Assembly (NCBI GenBank): GCA_010909165.1
Contig: MU008155.1
Span: forward strand, 434,001 to 498,000
From: Anthoceros angustus
Taxonomy: Eukaryota; Plantae; Anthocerotophyta
DNA: 64,000 bases
Direction of reading: 5' to 3'
Part shown: in pieces, positions 26,030-36,195 of the stretch
Layout: every line of letters begins with the position of its first letter
Numbering within the stretch: position 1 is the first letter of the stretch
Notes under the pieces: model-generated
Told to the model about the DNA's origin: nothing
Databases searched by the model: none
What the model saw: the letters and a program-made list of their open reading frames with translations, nothing else
Made by a program: the position numbers and the translations under genes

Positions 26030-27790
26030 ATGGATGAGACTCAGGTGCAGTTCCTTTGCCTGCTCTGCGTCTGCACGTACTGCCCTCAAGTGGCCAAGTT
26101 CTCGGCCCATCCCCAGCTCTCCAATGTCAGTACCTGCCCGGTGAGGCCGCCGGCGGTGGAGCCTCCTCCCCTGGCTCTGGATGGGCCCGCCGGGGAAGCT
26201 CAGGAATGGAATGTGGCTTGGTGGGCGATGGTGGCGGTGCTGCTGGCGGTGTTGCTGGCTGTGGGCAGATTCCTGAAGGTCTACTGGTGGGACTTGCTGG
26301 TCCTGAAGGCGGACCTGGAGAGGAAGGGAGTGCTGGGTCCTCCGTTCCGTTTCCTTGCTGGGAATCTCGGGGAGATGAGCGGCATGGCGAGGAAGGCCCA
26401 GGAGATGCCCATGGCAGAGATCAGCCACGACATTGTGCCTCGGGTGTTTCCGTATTACCGGGAATGGGCCAAGCTCTACGGCAAGCCCTTCCTCGTGTTC
26501 GTCGGCCCGCAGCCCACCTTGGTGACCAGTGATCCGATCCTGCTGGATGCCATCTTCAAGACCAAGCCCGGGCAGCTCCACAACGGCTGGCTGCAGAGAG
26601 TGTACGTGAAGATGACCTTGGGGGAGGCGGGGCTGGTACTGGCCGAAGGGGAGAGCTGGAAGTCCTGGACTGACAAGGCCGGGGTGGTGACGGATGCCCT
26701 CAACTCCGACAGAGTGGATGCCATTGTGAAAACCATGGTGAAGGCTGTGAAGACGGAGCTGTTTGAGGACTGGGACAAGGAGTTGAGGCACTCTGGGGAT
26801 CACACTTCCGAGATTGACATCTGCAAGAAGGTGAGCAAGCTCACCACCAAGGCTCTGTCCCACACGGCCTTCAGCAGCAGCCACAGGAAGGAGGGGAAGA
26901 AGGTGTTCAAGAAGCAGATGGAGCTGATGGAGATTCAGACGGAGCTTTCGCAGAGGAGGGTTTGGATTCCGGGATGGCTCCCCTCTCGTAGGCAGCGGAG
27001 GATGCTGAAGCTCAGGCGAAGGATTGAATCCACGCTTCATGAGATCGTGACTGAGCGGGTGGGCTCGATCAGGGCAGGCGGGAAGGCCTTCCCTTCTTAT
27101 GGTAACGATCTTCTGGGGCATATCCTGAGCAACGCCAAGAGTAGGAGGCTGGACTGGGACATCGAGCAGATAGTAGACCACTGCAGGAACTTCTTCTTCG
27201 CAGGCTACGAGACCAGCGCCATCATGCTGTCCTGGACTCTCATGCTGCTGGGGCACTACACGAAATGGCAAGACCGGGCTCGGGCCGAGATCCTCGAGCT
27301 CTGCGGAGACGAGGCCCCCGAGGCCGCCCAGCTGAGCGAGATGAAGGTTCTGGGCATGGTGTTGAAGGAGTCCCTGCGGCTCTACCCTCCCTCCGCCGTC
27401 CTCTCCAGGGAGATCCAAAAGCAGGCCACCCTCAATGGCCTGGAAGTCCCCAAAGGTCTAGCCACCTTCACCCTGGTGCTGCAGCTGCACCGGGAGCCCG
27501 GGATTTGGGGAGACGATGCTCTGGAGTTCAAGCCGGAGCGGTTTGCAGATGGCCTGCCCGACGGCCTCCATCCTCTGGGATACTTGCCCTTCTCGTCTGG
27601 ACGTCTGGTGTCTGTGGGGCAGGCTTATGCTGTTCTGGAGGCTAAGGTCGTGCTCGCCATGTTCCTCCAGAGATACATCTTCCATCTCTCCCCCAAATAC
27701 AAGCATTGTCCCAACACTCTCGCTCTGCGGCCTGAGCATGGAGTTCCCCTCATTGTGAGGAAGCGCCTCCCTGACTATCCAGACCCATAG
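26030..27790 (+). CDS. Cytochrome P450, CYP72 clan (CYP72/709/734-like); heme-ligand Cys replaced by Ser. Start at 26030 or 26228.
   Basis: N-terminal TM helix, GVLGPPFRFLAGN, HDIVPRVFPYY..W..LYG, I-helix FFFAGYETSA, ESLRLYPP (ExxR), FKPERF, heme loop FSSGRLVSVGQ. Uninterrupted ORF. Confidence 0.93.
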   Translation: MDETQVQFLCLLCVCTYCPQVAKFSAHPQLSNVSTCPVRPPAVEPPPLALDGPAGEAQEWNVAWWAMVAVLLAVLLAVGRFLKVYWWDLLVLKADLERKGVLGPPFRFLAGNLGEMSGMARKAQEMPMAEISHDIVPRVFPYYREWAKLYGKPFLVFVGPQPTLVTSDPILLDAIFKTKPGQLHNGWLQRVYVKMTLGEAGLVLAEGESWKSWTDKAGVVTDALNSDRVDAIVKTMVKAVKTELFEDWDKELRHSGDHTSEIDICKKVSKLTTKALSHTAFSSSHRKEGKKVFKKQMELMEIQTELSQRRVWIPGWLPSRRQRRMLKLRRRIESTLHEIVTERVGSIRAGGKAFPSYGNDLLGHILSNAKSRRLDWDIEQIVDHCRNFFFAGYETSAIMLSWTLMLLGHYTKWQDRARAEILELCGDEAPEAAQLSEMKVLGMVLKESLRLYPPSAVLSREIQKQATLNGLEVPKGLATFTLVLQLHREPGIWGDDALEFKPERFADGLPDGLHPLGYLPFSSGRLVSVGQAYAVLEAKVVLAMFLQRYIFHLSPKYKHCPNTLALRPEHGVPLIVRKRLPDYPDP

Positions 27791-28339
27791 CGTTAGTGGA
27801 GCCCCGTAGCCACGCACCCGGGATTGCGACAGTATGGAAGGAACGTCGATCTTGCAGCCAGGAGAAACATCACTCTCTTATTTATGAACATCGGAGTCTC
27901 CTCTTTCAGGACAAGAGAAACATCACTCTCTTATTTATGAGCATCAGAGTCTTCTCTTCCACAACAGTTGGATGTCGATGTGCACTATCAAGCACATGTT
28001 GATTGCCTCAGAATGTGCTTTACTAACAGCTCGTCAGCCACAACGAAGTGATTCATAAGCACGTGCTGAAGGGATTTTGTACATGTTCTAGTAGAGAGCC
28101 GTAGCCACGAAGAAGTGATTCCTACACACATGCTGGTGTGCTCTACATATGCTCTAGTAGGCTTAGAGGCACAGCCACAAGGAAGTATTTCAGACACATG
28201 CTGGTGGGTCTTGCAACGTGGTAGTTCATCACACATATGGTACAAGGTGGCAGTTCCTCACACACATGCTGCATGGTGGTGGTTCATCATGCACATGCTA
28301 CGCTGGTGAGCTCCACATCTCTTCTGGTGAACTCTGCTA

Positions 28340-28420
28340 TGCCGGTGGGCTTTACATCTGTTCTGGTGGGCTTCACGTGTGTTCTGGTGGGCTTCACATC
28401 TGTTCTGGTGGGCTCTACAT
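28340..28420. repeat. 21-bp tandem repeat (~4 copies)
   Basis: ggtgggcttcacatctgttct repeated. Confidence 0.85.
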
Positions 28421-28631
28421 TTCTTCCCTTCAGCGAGCCAATGTTGTAGTGGGCTTCACTTTAGGGCTCAGGGTTTACGCTCTATCTCTTACAAATGACC
28501 TCAGATACGTAGGAGGTGTCATCAATGTATTGAAACTCCAGACTCCAAACCGTGCCGATTGTCTACGCAGTTGGTTTTGGGATCACAAACATGTAGTGTG
28601 CGCAATCTAGACATGAACACTTGCCTTACTT

Positions 28632-28820
28632 GTTGCAGCTTCTGGGCTCCAGGTGATGCAAATGTCTTTGGTCAGCAGTGAGCAGCAAGCTGTTGTCTAT
28701 TGTAGCTTCTGGGCTCCAGGTGATGCAAATGTCTTTGGTCAGCAGTGAGCAGCAAGCTGTTGTCTGTTGCAGCTTCTGGGCTCCAGGTTATGTAGATGGC
28801 TTCGGTCAGCAGCAAGCTGG
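28632..28820. repeat. 67-bp tandem repeat (~2.7 copies)
   Basis: agcttctgggctccaggtgatgcaaatgtctttggtcagcagtgagcagcaagctgttgtct repeated. Confidence 0.9.
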
Positions 28821-29799
28821 TCTAGCACTCCGCCCTTGACCCAGGGCCAGGACCATTTACGTATGAATTCATGGTGGATTGTGCGGTTGTATGCAAGCGA
28901 ACGCTCACGCATGACATCATATTGACATCACTGAATTCACGAGTTCCAACCAACAACCCCTTGTCCTTCCTTTAGTGTCTGGCATTGAAGCAAGCGTGAT
29001 GCCATCCATTTATGCACATCTGCCGCAGGTAGCGGAAGTCTAGACCTAAAGACCGCAGACTGCGGTGATGCCGGTTGCATTCCACTGGTCGACTCACAGG
29101 GGGGAACGTGGCCAGTTCCTCAAGCAAGTGCTCAAGCCAGCATCTTTACATCCGCTGCCTGGAAGGCTGTGCATATGGCCCATTGTGATTTGCGACTCCA
29201 AACCACCACTTGTGACGTTCCCGGGTGGCTCCAGGCTGAGTCCAAAGTCGCCTTCCAGTTATCAACCAAAGGTGTGTAAGAAACCCACGCGGTTACCGGG
29301 ACCGGGACCCACAAACTTTCATGGGTCCGCTTCGGGTTCGGGGTGGACATGGAATCTTGTAAGCCTGTATCTGAATATTTAATGAGGAAAGGGAGCGGAA
29401 GAAATTGTACGAAGTTATATATCAATTACTAAGTACTGAAAATAAGTGTCACATTTTTAGGCTGTCGCATGAAAACCTCACCCTTAGGATGACTTAAATG
29501 TAGTTTCTCCATGAAGGTATGGGGCCTCACAACATATATGAAATTCTTTGTCCCCCAGCAATGATACACCAAAGAGTACAAGGCTTCCTTAACTTGTCCA
29601 CTATTTGAGTAATTGCCGAACTATGCCTTCGAAGCACCAATTTACAGGTTATCCATGCACAAGGGCATCTCCTGTGTAGGCACAAAATTTGTCTACATTG
29701 CCATTTTGTTGATGTCGACAATGAAGCTCATTTCTTTCTTACCTACCCAACCATCCATCCTCTCTGTTAAGACTTCCCTCAACATTTTTACAATAATCT

Positions 29800-29995
29800 A
29801 CCATGGTCACTAGCTCTCCTTCAATTTCCAACCCAAGAGCTGATAACCTACCTTGGCCACAAGCTCTCCATCAATTTGCAGCCCAAGAGGAGATAACCTA
29901 CCATGGCCACAAGCTCTCCATCAATTTGCAGCCCAAGAGGAGATAACCTACCATGGCCACAAGCTCTCCATCAATTTCCAGCCCAAGGGGAGATC
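29800..29995. repeat. 50-bp tandem repeat (~4 copies)
   Basis: acctaccatggccacaagctctccatcaatttgcagcccaagaggagata repeated. Confidence 0.9.
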
Positions 29996-30375
29996 TTCCT
30001 CTACTATGTATACAACATAGTGAATTTACATCGCATAGGTGAAGGTACCCACCTTTCTTAGAGAGTCAAGTCTTGTAAATACCAGTCCCAATTCTTCTCA
30101 ATAACTGATAAAGACTCCTATCCCTGGAACTATGATTGAATAAAATGAATAGTGCATAGTTAACCAACCCAATTCTACTCTTACCCATAGCTCCTCACAT
30201 TCGAAGCTCCACCCACTTTCCCTTCTCATTTGAGCACTCCCTCTTTTCCTCTTTCTACCAGGTTTTCTTATAGTCTTCCCCATTTACGTAGGGTGCTGCT
30301 GGCTTCCCTTGAGTAAGTCCCTTGAGTAAGACTTGGAGCGTATAATAAACCGTTCAATCAATAAATCAATCAATC

Positions 30376-31141
30376 CACCATCGTTGCTACAATCCCCGGA
30401 CTTAGATCCCAATAAGCCATCGTTGCTACCAACCCTTCACCTGGATCTTAATAAGTTGCTGCAATCCCCTGATTTGCATCCCTGTAAGCCACCATTGCTA
30501 CAATCCCCTCACTTGGATCCTAATAAGCCAACTTGGCTACAATCCCCCGACTTGGATCCCAATGAGCCACCATTGCTACAATCCCCTGACTTGCATCCCA
30601 ATGAGCCATCGTTGCTACAAGCCCTTCACCTGGATCCTAATAAGCCACCGTTGCTACAATCCCCCGACTTGCATCCCTGTAAGCTACCATTGCTACAGTC
30701 CCCTCACTTGGATCCTAATAAGCCAACTTTGCTACAATCCCCCGACTTGGATCCCAATGAGCCACCATTGCTACAATCCCCCGACTTGGATCCCAATAAG
30801 CCATCGTTGCTACAAGCCCTTCACCTGGATCCTAATTAGCCGCCGTTGCTACAATCCCCCGACTTGCATCCCAATAAGCCACCGTTGCTACAATCCCCTC
30901 ACCTGGATCCTAATAAACCACCGTTGCTACAATCCCCCGACTTGGATCCCAATGAGCCACCTGGATCCTAATAAACCACCGTTGCTACAATCCCCCGACT
31001 TGGATCCCAATGAGCCACCTGGATCCTAATAAACCACCGTTGCTACAATTCCCCGACTTGGATCCCAATGAGCCACCGTTACTACAATCCACTCACTTGG
31101 ATCCCAACAAGCCACCGTTGCTACAATCCCCGGGCTTGGAT
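30376..31141. repeat. 39-bp minisatellite (~19-20 units) with ~5-unit higher-order period
   Basis: Consensus ccaccgttgctacaatcccccgacttggatcccaat(a/g)ag. The variant cccttcacctggatc recurs at ~30433, 30622 and 30817. Confidence 0.95.
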
Positions 31142-32763
31142 CTCGGTAAGGACGAACCGGGAGAGCACAAGAAACCACACGAGCCAAAAAAAAACTAGCA
31201 AAGCTATGACACCTTGGATTTCACTTTCCACCTTTTGAGAAAATAGTAGTCTAACACTATGGCTGAATAGGTCACATATCACATATATAGGTCCTATACC
31301 TGAAAAAAAAAAATCGTCGCAAGTACATATGTGTCTACGTACATAAGCGAAGGAGAGGCAATAGTGTGTACATCCGTACATGTATGTTGGCATTGCGCCA
31401 GTGCACCATTGTCCCATTGCACGGCAGCATGGGGAATGCGTTGCTCATCCGAAACGCCTCCTCTTCAACGAGACGAAGATGACAAAACCATCACAAACAT
31501 GATGATGGCTGCAGATATCGACGATGTGGGCCCGGCAGCGGCAGCGGCAGCGGCAGCTTGCGGGGAAGAGGCGGGCCGCACTGCCCTGCCCTGCCCTGCC
31601 CTGCCAGCCCCAGCCCCAAGTCGTCGCCTTGCCACTTGCAGCTTGCCGCTTCACGTTTGCAGGCAAAACGGCCACGGCAGCGGGCGACCGGTCCCGCCGA
31701 CGGGTCGCCCGCCGGCGCCCGGTCCCGGCGTGTGGGGCCCCGGCGCGTGCGCGGAAGGTTCGTGCCGTTGACGAGGGCGGTGGCAGTACAGCCCACCACA
31801 ATCCCATCACTGAGATCCGGCGCCCGTTCCGTTTGCCCGTTTGCCCCTTCCTGTGCCCCTTCCGCCCCCTCGGACCCTCCAAACCCCGCTCGTGTTAGAA
31901 AGCCGGCGCCTAATTTGGAGCCCGCGGCGTCACGCAAACTATTTTTAGCCACCTCCTCCGCTGTCACCCCCCATTATTATCACGGTACCCACTTGCCCGC
32001 GCCCACCGGTCGCTGCAGTACGTGCGGACGACCGGTCGGCCCCGGCCTCGGAGCCTTCCCCGTCTCCGCGCCTTGCGCCTTGCGCTTGCAGAGCTGCTGC
32101 CTGCCGTGCTCGCTCCCGCAGCAGCCGAGGCCTGGTGGGAGCGTCTTCCTCGCCTGCCTCGGCGCCGGGGATTCCGCGGTTTTTTGCGCGGTTCGAACGT
32201 GGGAGGCCAATCCGGGGCGCGGGGATCGGAATTCCTGCTGAGGTTGGAGACTCAGAATGGGCTCGGGAAGGCGCATTTCCTGGTGATCGAGGTCGCGGCC
32301 GGCGGGAGGGCGACGGAGCGGGATGCTGGAAGACGGAGGCGTGGCGAGGGGGAATTGTTTTTGTGGGCGGTAGTGGATGTGGTGCGGCGGATGCGTGAAG
32401 GGGATGGGGATGTTTGTATGTGCATGAGGTGATGCCATTGCGAGATGGGCGGTAGGATGGGGAGAGGGAAGGTGGGGCTGGATGGTGGTGCTGTGGGAGC
32501 GCAGATTCGGGCCTTGAGATGTGGGGAGGTGCGGGGAGGAGCGGGAGGCGAGATGGGGAGGTGCCCGCTGTCTGGGGGGGAGGACGGGTCGCTGCCGGGA
32601 CAATGCACGGGTGTTGCTGCCGAATTGTGCAGTGTCGGATGTGCGGGAGATGGTGGTGCGGCGTCCGGGGTTGAGGTGGGGGAAGGGGAGGTGTCGTAGG
32701 TGTGGCTCTGTGGCCATGGTGCGGACATGTTAGGTTTTCCCTGCCCAGCTTCTTCGGTTGTGT

Positions 32764-35700
32764 ATGATGGTTAGAGGGACGTGGCTCTTCCTCCTCTTCT
32801 GCTGCTTCCTCCCGTGCTGCCTCACGGTCGCTCCCGGCCCTGCTCCCGGCCCTGCTCCCGGCCCTGCTCCTGCGCCAGATGGCGATTCCAGTCCTGGGGC
32901 GTCGCTCATCCCGATACTGTCGTATTGCGACGTCGGGGATCAGAATTTTCTGCTGAGGTTAAAGGATGGTTTGGATAACGGGGCTGATGTGCTTGGGGTA
33001 TGGTCGAATGACAGCAGCTGTTGCAGCTGGCCGGGGGTTAAGTGCAGCAAGCGAGCGAGCGGGCTTGGAGGAGGAGAGTTCCAGGCCGCGAGTACTGTGA
33101 ACAAGAATGTGTACAGGGTTGTGTATCTCGATTTGTCAGAATTGGGGCTTAATGGCACCATCGGCGAGCTGGCTTGGAGGAACTTATCCGGCCTGGAAGG
33201 GCTGGATCTGTCGTCCAATTTTCTGTCCGGGTCCCTCCCTGAGGACCTGGGCGTGCTCCCGTCGTTGGGAAAGGTTGACCTCAGTAACAACAGCTTCAGT
33301 TGCTGTGCAGCTGTTTTGGAGCAGTGTTCTAGCCTTGTGGAACTGAACTTGAGTAACAACCGCCTTTCTGGCCCTGTCCCCGTGAACTTCTCCAGCTCGG
33401 GTTTGAAGAGTCTTGATCTCAGTTTCAACAGGTTATCATCCTCACTGCAAGCTCTGGAGAACCTAGGGAGCCTGGAATACCTGAATGTATCGTATAACCA
33501 AATCACGGGACAGCTTCCCCTTCTCCCAAACTGTTCTGCTCTTGCGGACATTGACCTCAGCTCCAATCAGTTCTCAGGTGATTTCAACGCAGATATGTGC
33601 TCTATGAAGGGCAGCCTCCGGTTACTCAATGTTTCCGGCAACAATCTGGGTGGAACCATACCATCCGGCATCTCTCAATGCTCCAGTCTCCAGGTTTTGG
33701 ATCTGGGGTTTAATAACCTCAGCGGCGAAATCCCTGACGCCATTTTCCGTCTGGAGAGCCTTACCATGCTTTCTTTGGGAAGCAATCGTCTAGGGGGAAA
33801 TCTGAGTGCCTCAGTGGCAAACTTGGCCAACCTGACGAATCTGGTTCTTGCCAACAATTATGTATCTGGAGCTATTCCCCCTGAGTTGGGGGCCTTGACA
33901 ATGTTGGAGCGGCTCGACCTGAGTGTTAACAAGTTTATTGGGTCTATTCCCCCCGAGCTCTCGAATTGCACCAATCTTCTTGTCCTCATTCTCAGGCGCA
34001 ATAACTTGACTGGTGATATATCTCTGGACTTTGAGAAGCTGCCTAACATGACAACTGTTGACCTGTCATTCAACGCTCTATCTGGTGTCATCCCTTCAAG
34101 CATTGGCCTGTGTAGTCACTTGGAGTCTCTTGTGCTTGGCACAAACAATCTCACTGGGATGATCCCTCCTGAGCTCGGACGGTTGAAGAACCTAACAACG
34201 TTATCTCTGTCTACTAACAATCTCACAGGGGGCATACCAGCAGAGTTGGATGGATGTTCAGGATTGGTGTCTATGCTGTTGACAAAGAATCCTTGGCTGG
34301 GGGGTGAAATTCCTGCTAACATGTCAGCATTTCCTAACCTGCAGCTTCTGGCTGTAGGGTTTTGTGGTCTCGAGGGGCAAATTCCGGACTGGATTGGTCA
34401 CTGCAGCAAGTTGCAGTTGTTGGACCTGTCGTGGAATCACTTCACGGGCTTTATACCACCGTGGATCAGTGACCTGCAGCATTTGATCTACTTGGAACTT
34501 TCAAACAACACTTTGACAGGGCCTATTCCATATAATCTGTCTACTGCTCCAAGTTTAAGAGGAGAGAACGTAAGTACGACTGGTCTGGTTGAGGTTACCA
34601 CTCTTGTCCTCTTTGTGAAGAAGAACACAAGCAGTGCTGCCTTGCCTCAGAGATACACCAAGTTGAGTTCCTTTCCTCCTTCACTGCTTCTTGCCTACAA
34701 CAAGTTGTATGGTCCGATTCCCGACGCACTGGGCATGTTACGCAGTGTCATGGCTCTTGATCTGAATCACAATAACCTGACTGGCCCTATTCCAGACTCA
34801 TTGTCAAACATGAGTAGCATGTACTCCCTGAACCTTGCGAACAATGACCTGTCTGGCCCTATCCCTTCCTCATTCACAGCGCTGAACTTTCTTGCTTTGT
34901 TCGATGTCTCGAATAACAACCTCTCTGGTCCCATTCCTGGAGGTCCTCAGTTTGATTCCTTCCCGAATACCTCCTTTCTTGGTAACCCTCTTCTTTGTGG
35001 TGGGTCTCTGTCACAGAAATGTGGCTCTCAGCAGGAGGCAGCCTCCAGTCCTCACGGCTTAGATTTGCCTGTGGATGACCAAAGGCTAAGTAAAAGAGCC
35101 ATCTTGGGACTGACGATGGGAGTTGGCGTAGGTCTTGCCGTTCTGTTGGCTTTGCTGACAATGTGCATTCTGTCTCGGCGCCGTGGCAAGTCACCAGCTG
35201 ATGATGAGACTACTGAGTACACAGATGACGGTATTGTTAGTTTCAGTGTCGACCTGTATCTGAATGACCAGTTGTCTAAACTGTCTCCGGCTGACTTGGT
35301 GAAGGCTACGAACAACTTCGACCAATCGAACATCATAGGGTGTGGTGGTTTTGGTTTAGTATTCCGGGCAACATTGTCAGACGGAACTCATGTGGCTATC
35401 AAAAGATTGACTGGTGACACAGGGCAAGCTGAGCGCGAGGTACAAGCAGAGCTACTAACGCTGGGTCAAATTCTGCACAAGAATCTGGTGGCTTTGCAAG
35501 GGTACTGTAGGTTTGGGAACGACCGTCTGCTTATCTACAACTACATGGAGAACGGGAGTCTGGATTTCTGGCTTCATGAAAAGAGTGATGGTGGATTGAA
35601 GCTAGATTGGCCCATGAGACGAAGGATTGCACTGGGTACTGCCAGAGGGCTCGCCTACCTTCATCAAATGTGTGAGCCACACATTGTTCACAGGGACATC

Positions 35701-36195
35701 AAAAGCAGCAACATTCTCCTCAATGAGAATTTTGAGGCCCATCTTGCAGACTTTGGGCTTGCAAGGCACCTGGCCAACACTGATACGCATGTGACTACAG
35801 AGTTGGTGGGCACTCTTGGGTATATCCCTCCAGAATATGGGCAAGCATGGATTGCCACACTGAGGGGCGATGTGTACAGTTTTGGTGTTGTAGTATTAGA
35901 GCTTCTGACTCGCCGACGGCCAGTAGAGGTCTCCCGCAAGAAAGGGGTGGCTGACCTGGTGTCTTGGGTGCAGCAGATGAGGAATGAGGGAACTGCAGAG
36001 GAGACCTTTGATGTTCTATTGAGACATCAAGGTTATGAGAGCGAAATGCTCCAAGTTTTAGACGTAGCCACTATGTGTGTGAATCACATCCCGCAGAAGA
36101 GACCCACAATCCAGCATGTGGTTTTCCTGCTTGAGCAGGTTGGGAAGGAGGTTTCAGAGAAGGAGACTCATGTCGACACTGGGCTGCTTGCTTGA
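32764..36195 (+). CDS. PSKR: LRR receptor-like kinase, phytosulfokine receptor (PSKR/PSY1R, LRR-Xb)-like, intronless
   Basis: Signal peptide, CCSWPGVKC cap, ~20 LRRs, island domain ending LFVKKNTSSAALPQRYTKLSSFPPSL, TM helix, and kinase motifs ATNNFDQSNIIGCGGFGLV, HRDIKSSNILL, DFGLAR, THVTTELVGTLGYIPPEYGQAWIATLRGDVYS. Confidence 0.93.
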   Translation: MMVRGTWLFLLFCCFLPCCLTVAPGPAPGPAPGPAPAPDGDSSPGASLIPILSYCDVGDQNFLLRLKDGLDNGADVLGVWSNDSSCCSWPGVKCSKRASGLGGGEFQAASTVNKNVYRVVYLDLSELGLNGTIGELAWRNLSGLEGLDLSSNFLSGSLPEDLGVLPSLGKVDLSNNSFSCCAAVLEQCSSLVELNLSNNRLSGPVPVNFSSSGLKSLDLSFNRLSSSLQALENLGSLEYLNVSYNQITGQLPLLPNCSALADIDLSSNQFSGDFNADMCSMKGSLRLLNVSGNNLGGTIPSGISQCSSLQVLDLGFNNLSGEIPDAIFRLESLTMLSLGSNRLGGNLSASVANLANLTNLVLANNYVSGAIPPELGALTMLERLDLSVNKFIGSIPPELSNCTNLLVLILRRNNLTGDISLDFEKLPNMTTVDLSFNALSGVIPSSIGLCSHLESLVLGTNNLTGMIPPELGRLKNLTTLSLSTNNLTGGIPAELDGCSGLVSMLLTKNPWLGGEIPANMSAFPNLQLLAVGFCGLEGQIPDWIGHCSKLQLLDLSWNHFTGFIPPWISDLQHLIYLELSNNTLTGPIPYNLSTAPSLRGENVSTTGLVEVTTLVLFVKKNTSSAALPQRYTKLSSFPPSLLLAYNKLYGPIPDALGMLRSVMALDLNHNNLTGPIPDSLSNMSSMYSLNLANNDLSGPIPSSFTALNFLALFDVSNNNLSGPIPGGPQFDSFPNTSFLGNPLLCGGSLSQKCGSQQEAASSPHGLDLPVDDQRLSKRAILGLTMGVGVGLAVLLALLTMCILSRRRGKSPADDETTEYTDDGIVSFSVDLYLNDQLSKLSPADLVKATNNFDQSNIIGCGGFGLVFRATLSDGTHVAIKRLTGDTGQAEREVQAELLTLGQILHKNLVALQGYCRFGNDRLLIYNYMENGSLDFWLHEKSDGGLKLDWPMRRRIALGTARGLAYLHQMCEPHIVHRDIKSSNILLNENFEAHLADFGLARHLANTDTHVTTELVGTLGYIPPEYGQAWIATLRGDVYSFGVVVLELLTRRRPVEVSRKKGVADLVSWVQQMRNEGTAEETFDVLLRHQGYESEMLQVLDVATMCVNHIPQKRPTIQHVVFLLEQVGKEVSEKETHVDTGLLA

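Noticed and set aside
25976-27418. 480-aa antisense ORF over the P450 (and a similar one over CHLM, 59526-60431)
   Set aside because: Shadow ORFs expected from high third-position GC.
27611-27613. RNA editing restoring the P450 Cys
   Set aside because: This would need C-to-G; plant editing is C-to-U/U-to-C and organellar.
31331-32733. GC-rich ORFs upstream of PSKR
   Set aside because: No recognisable domain; more likely promoter, 5' UTR and leader intron.
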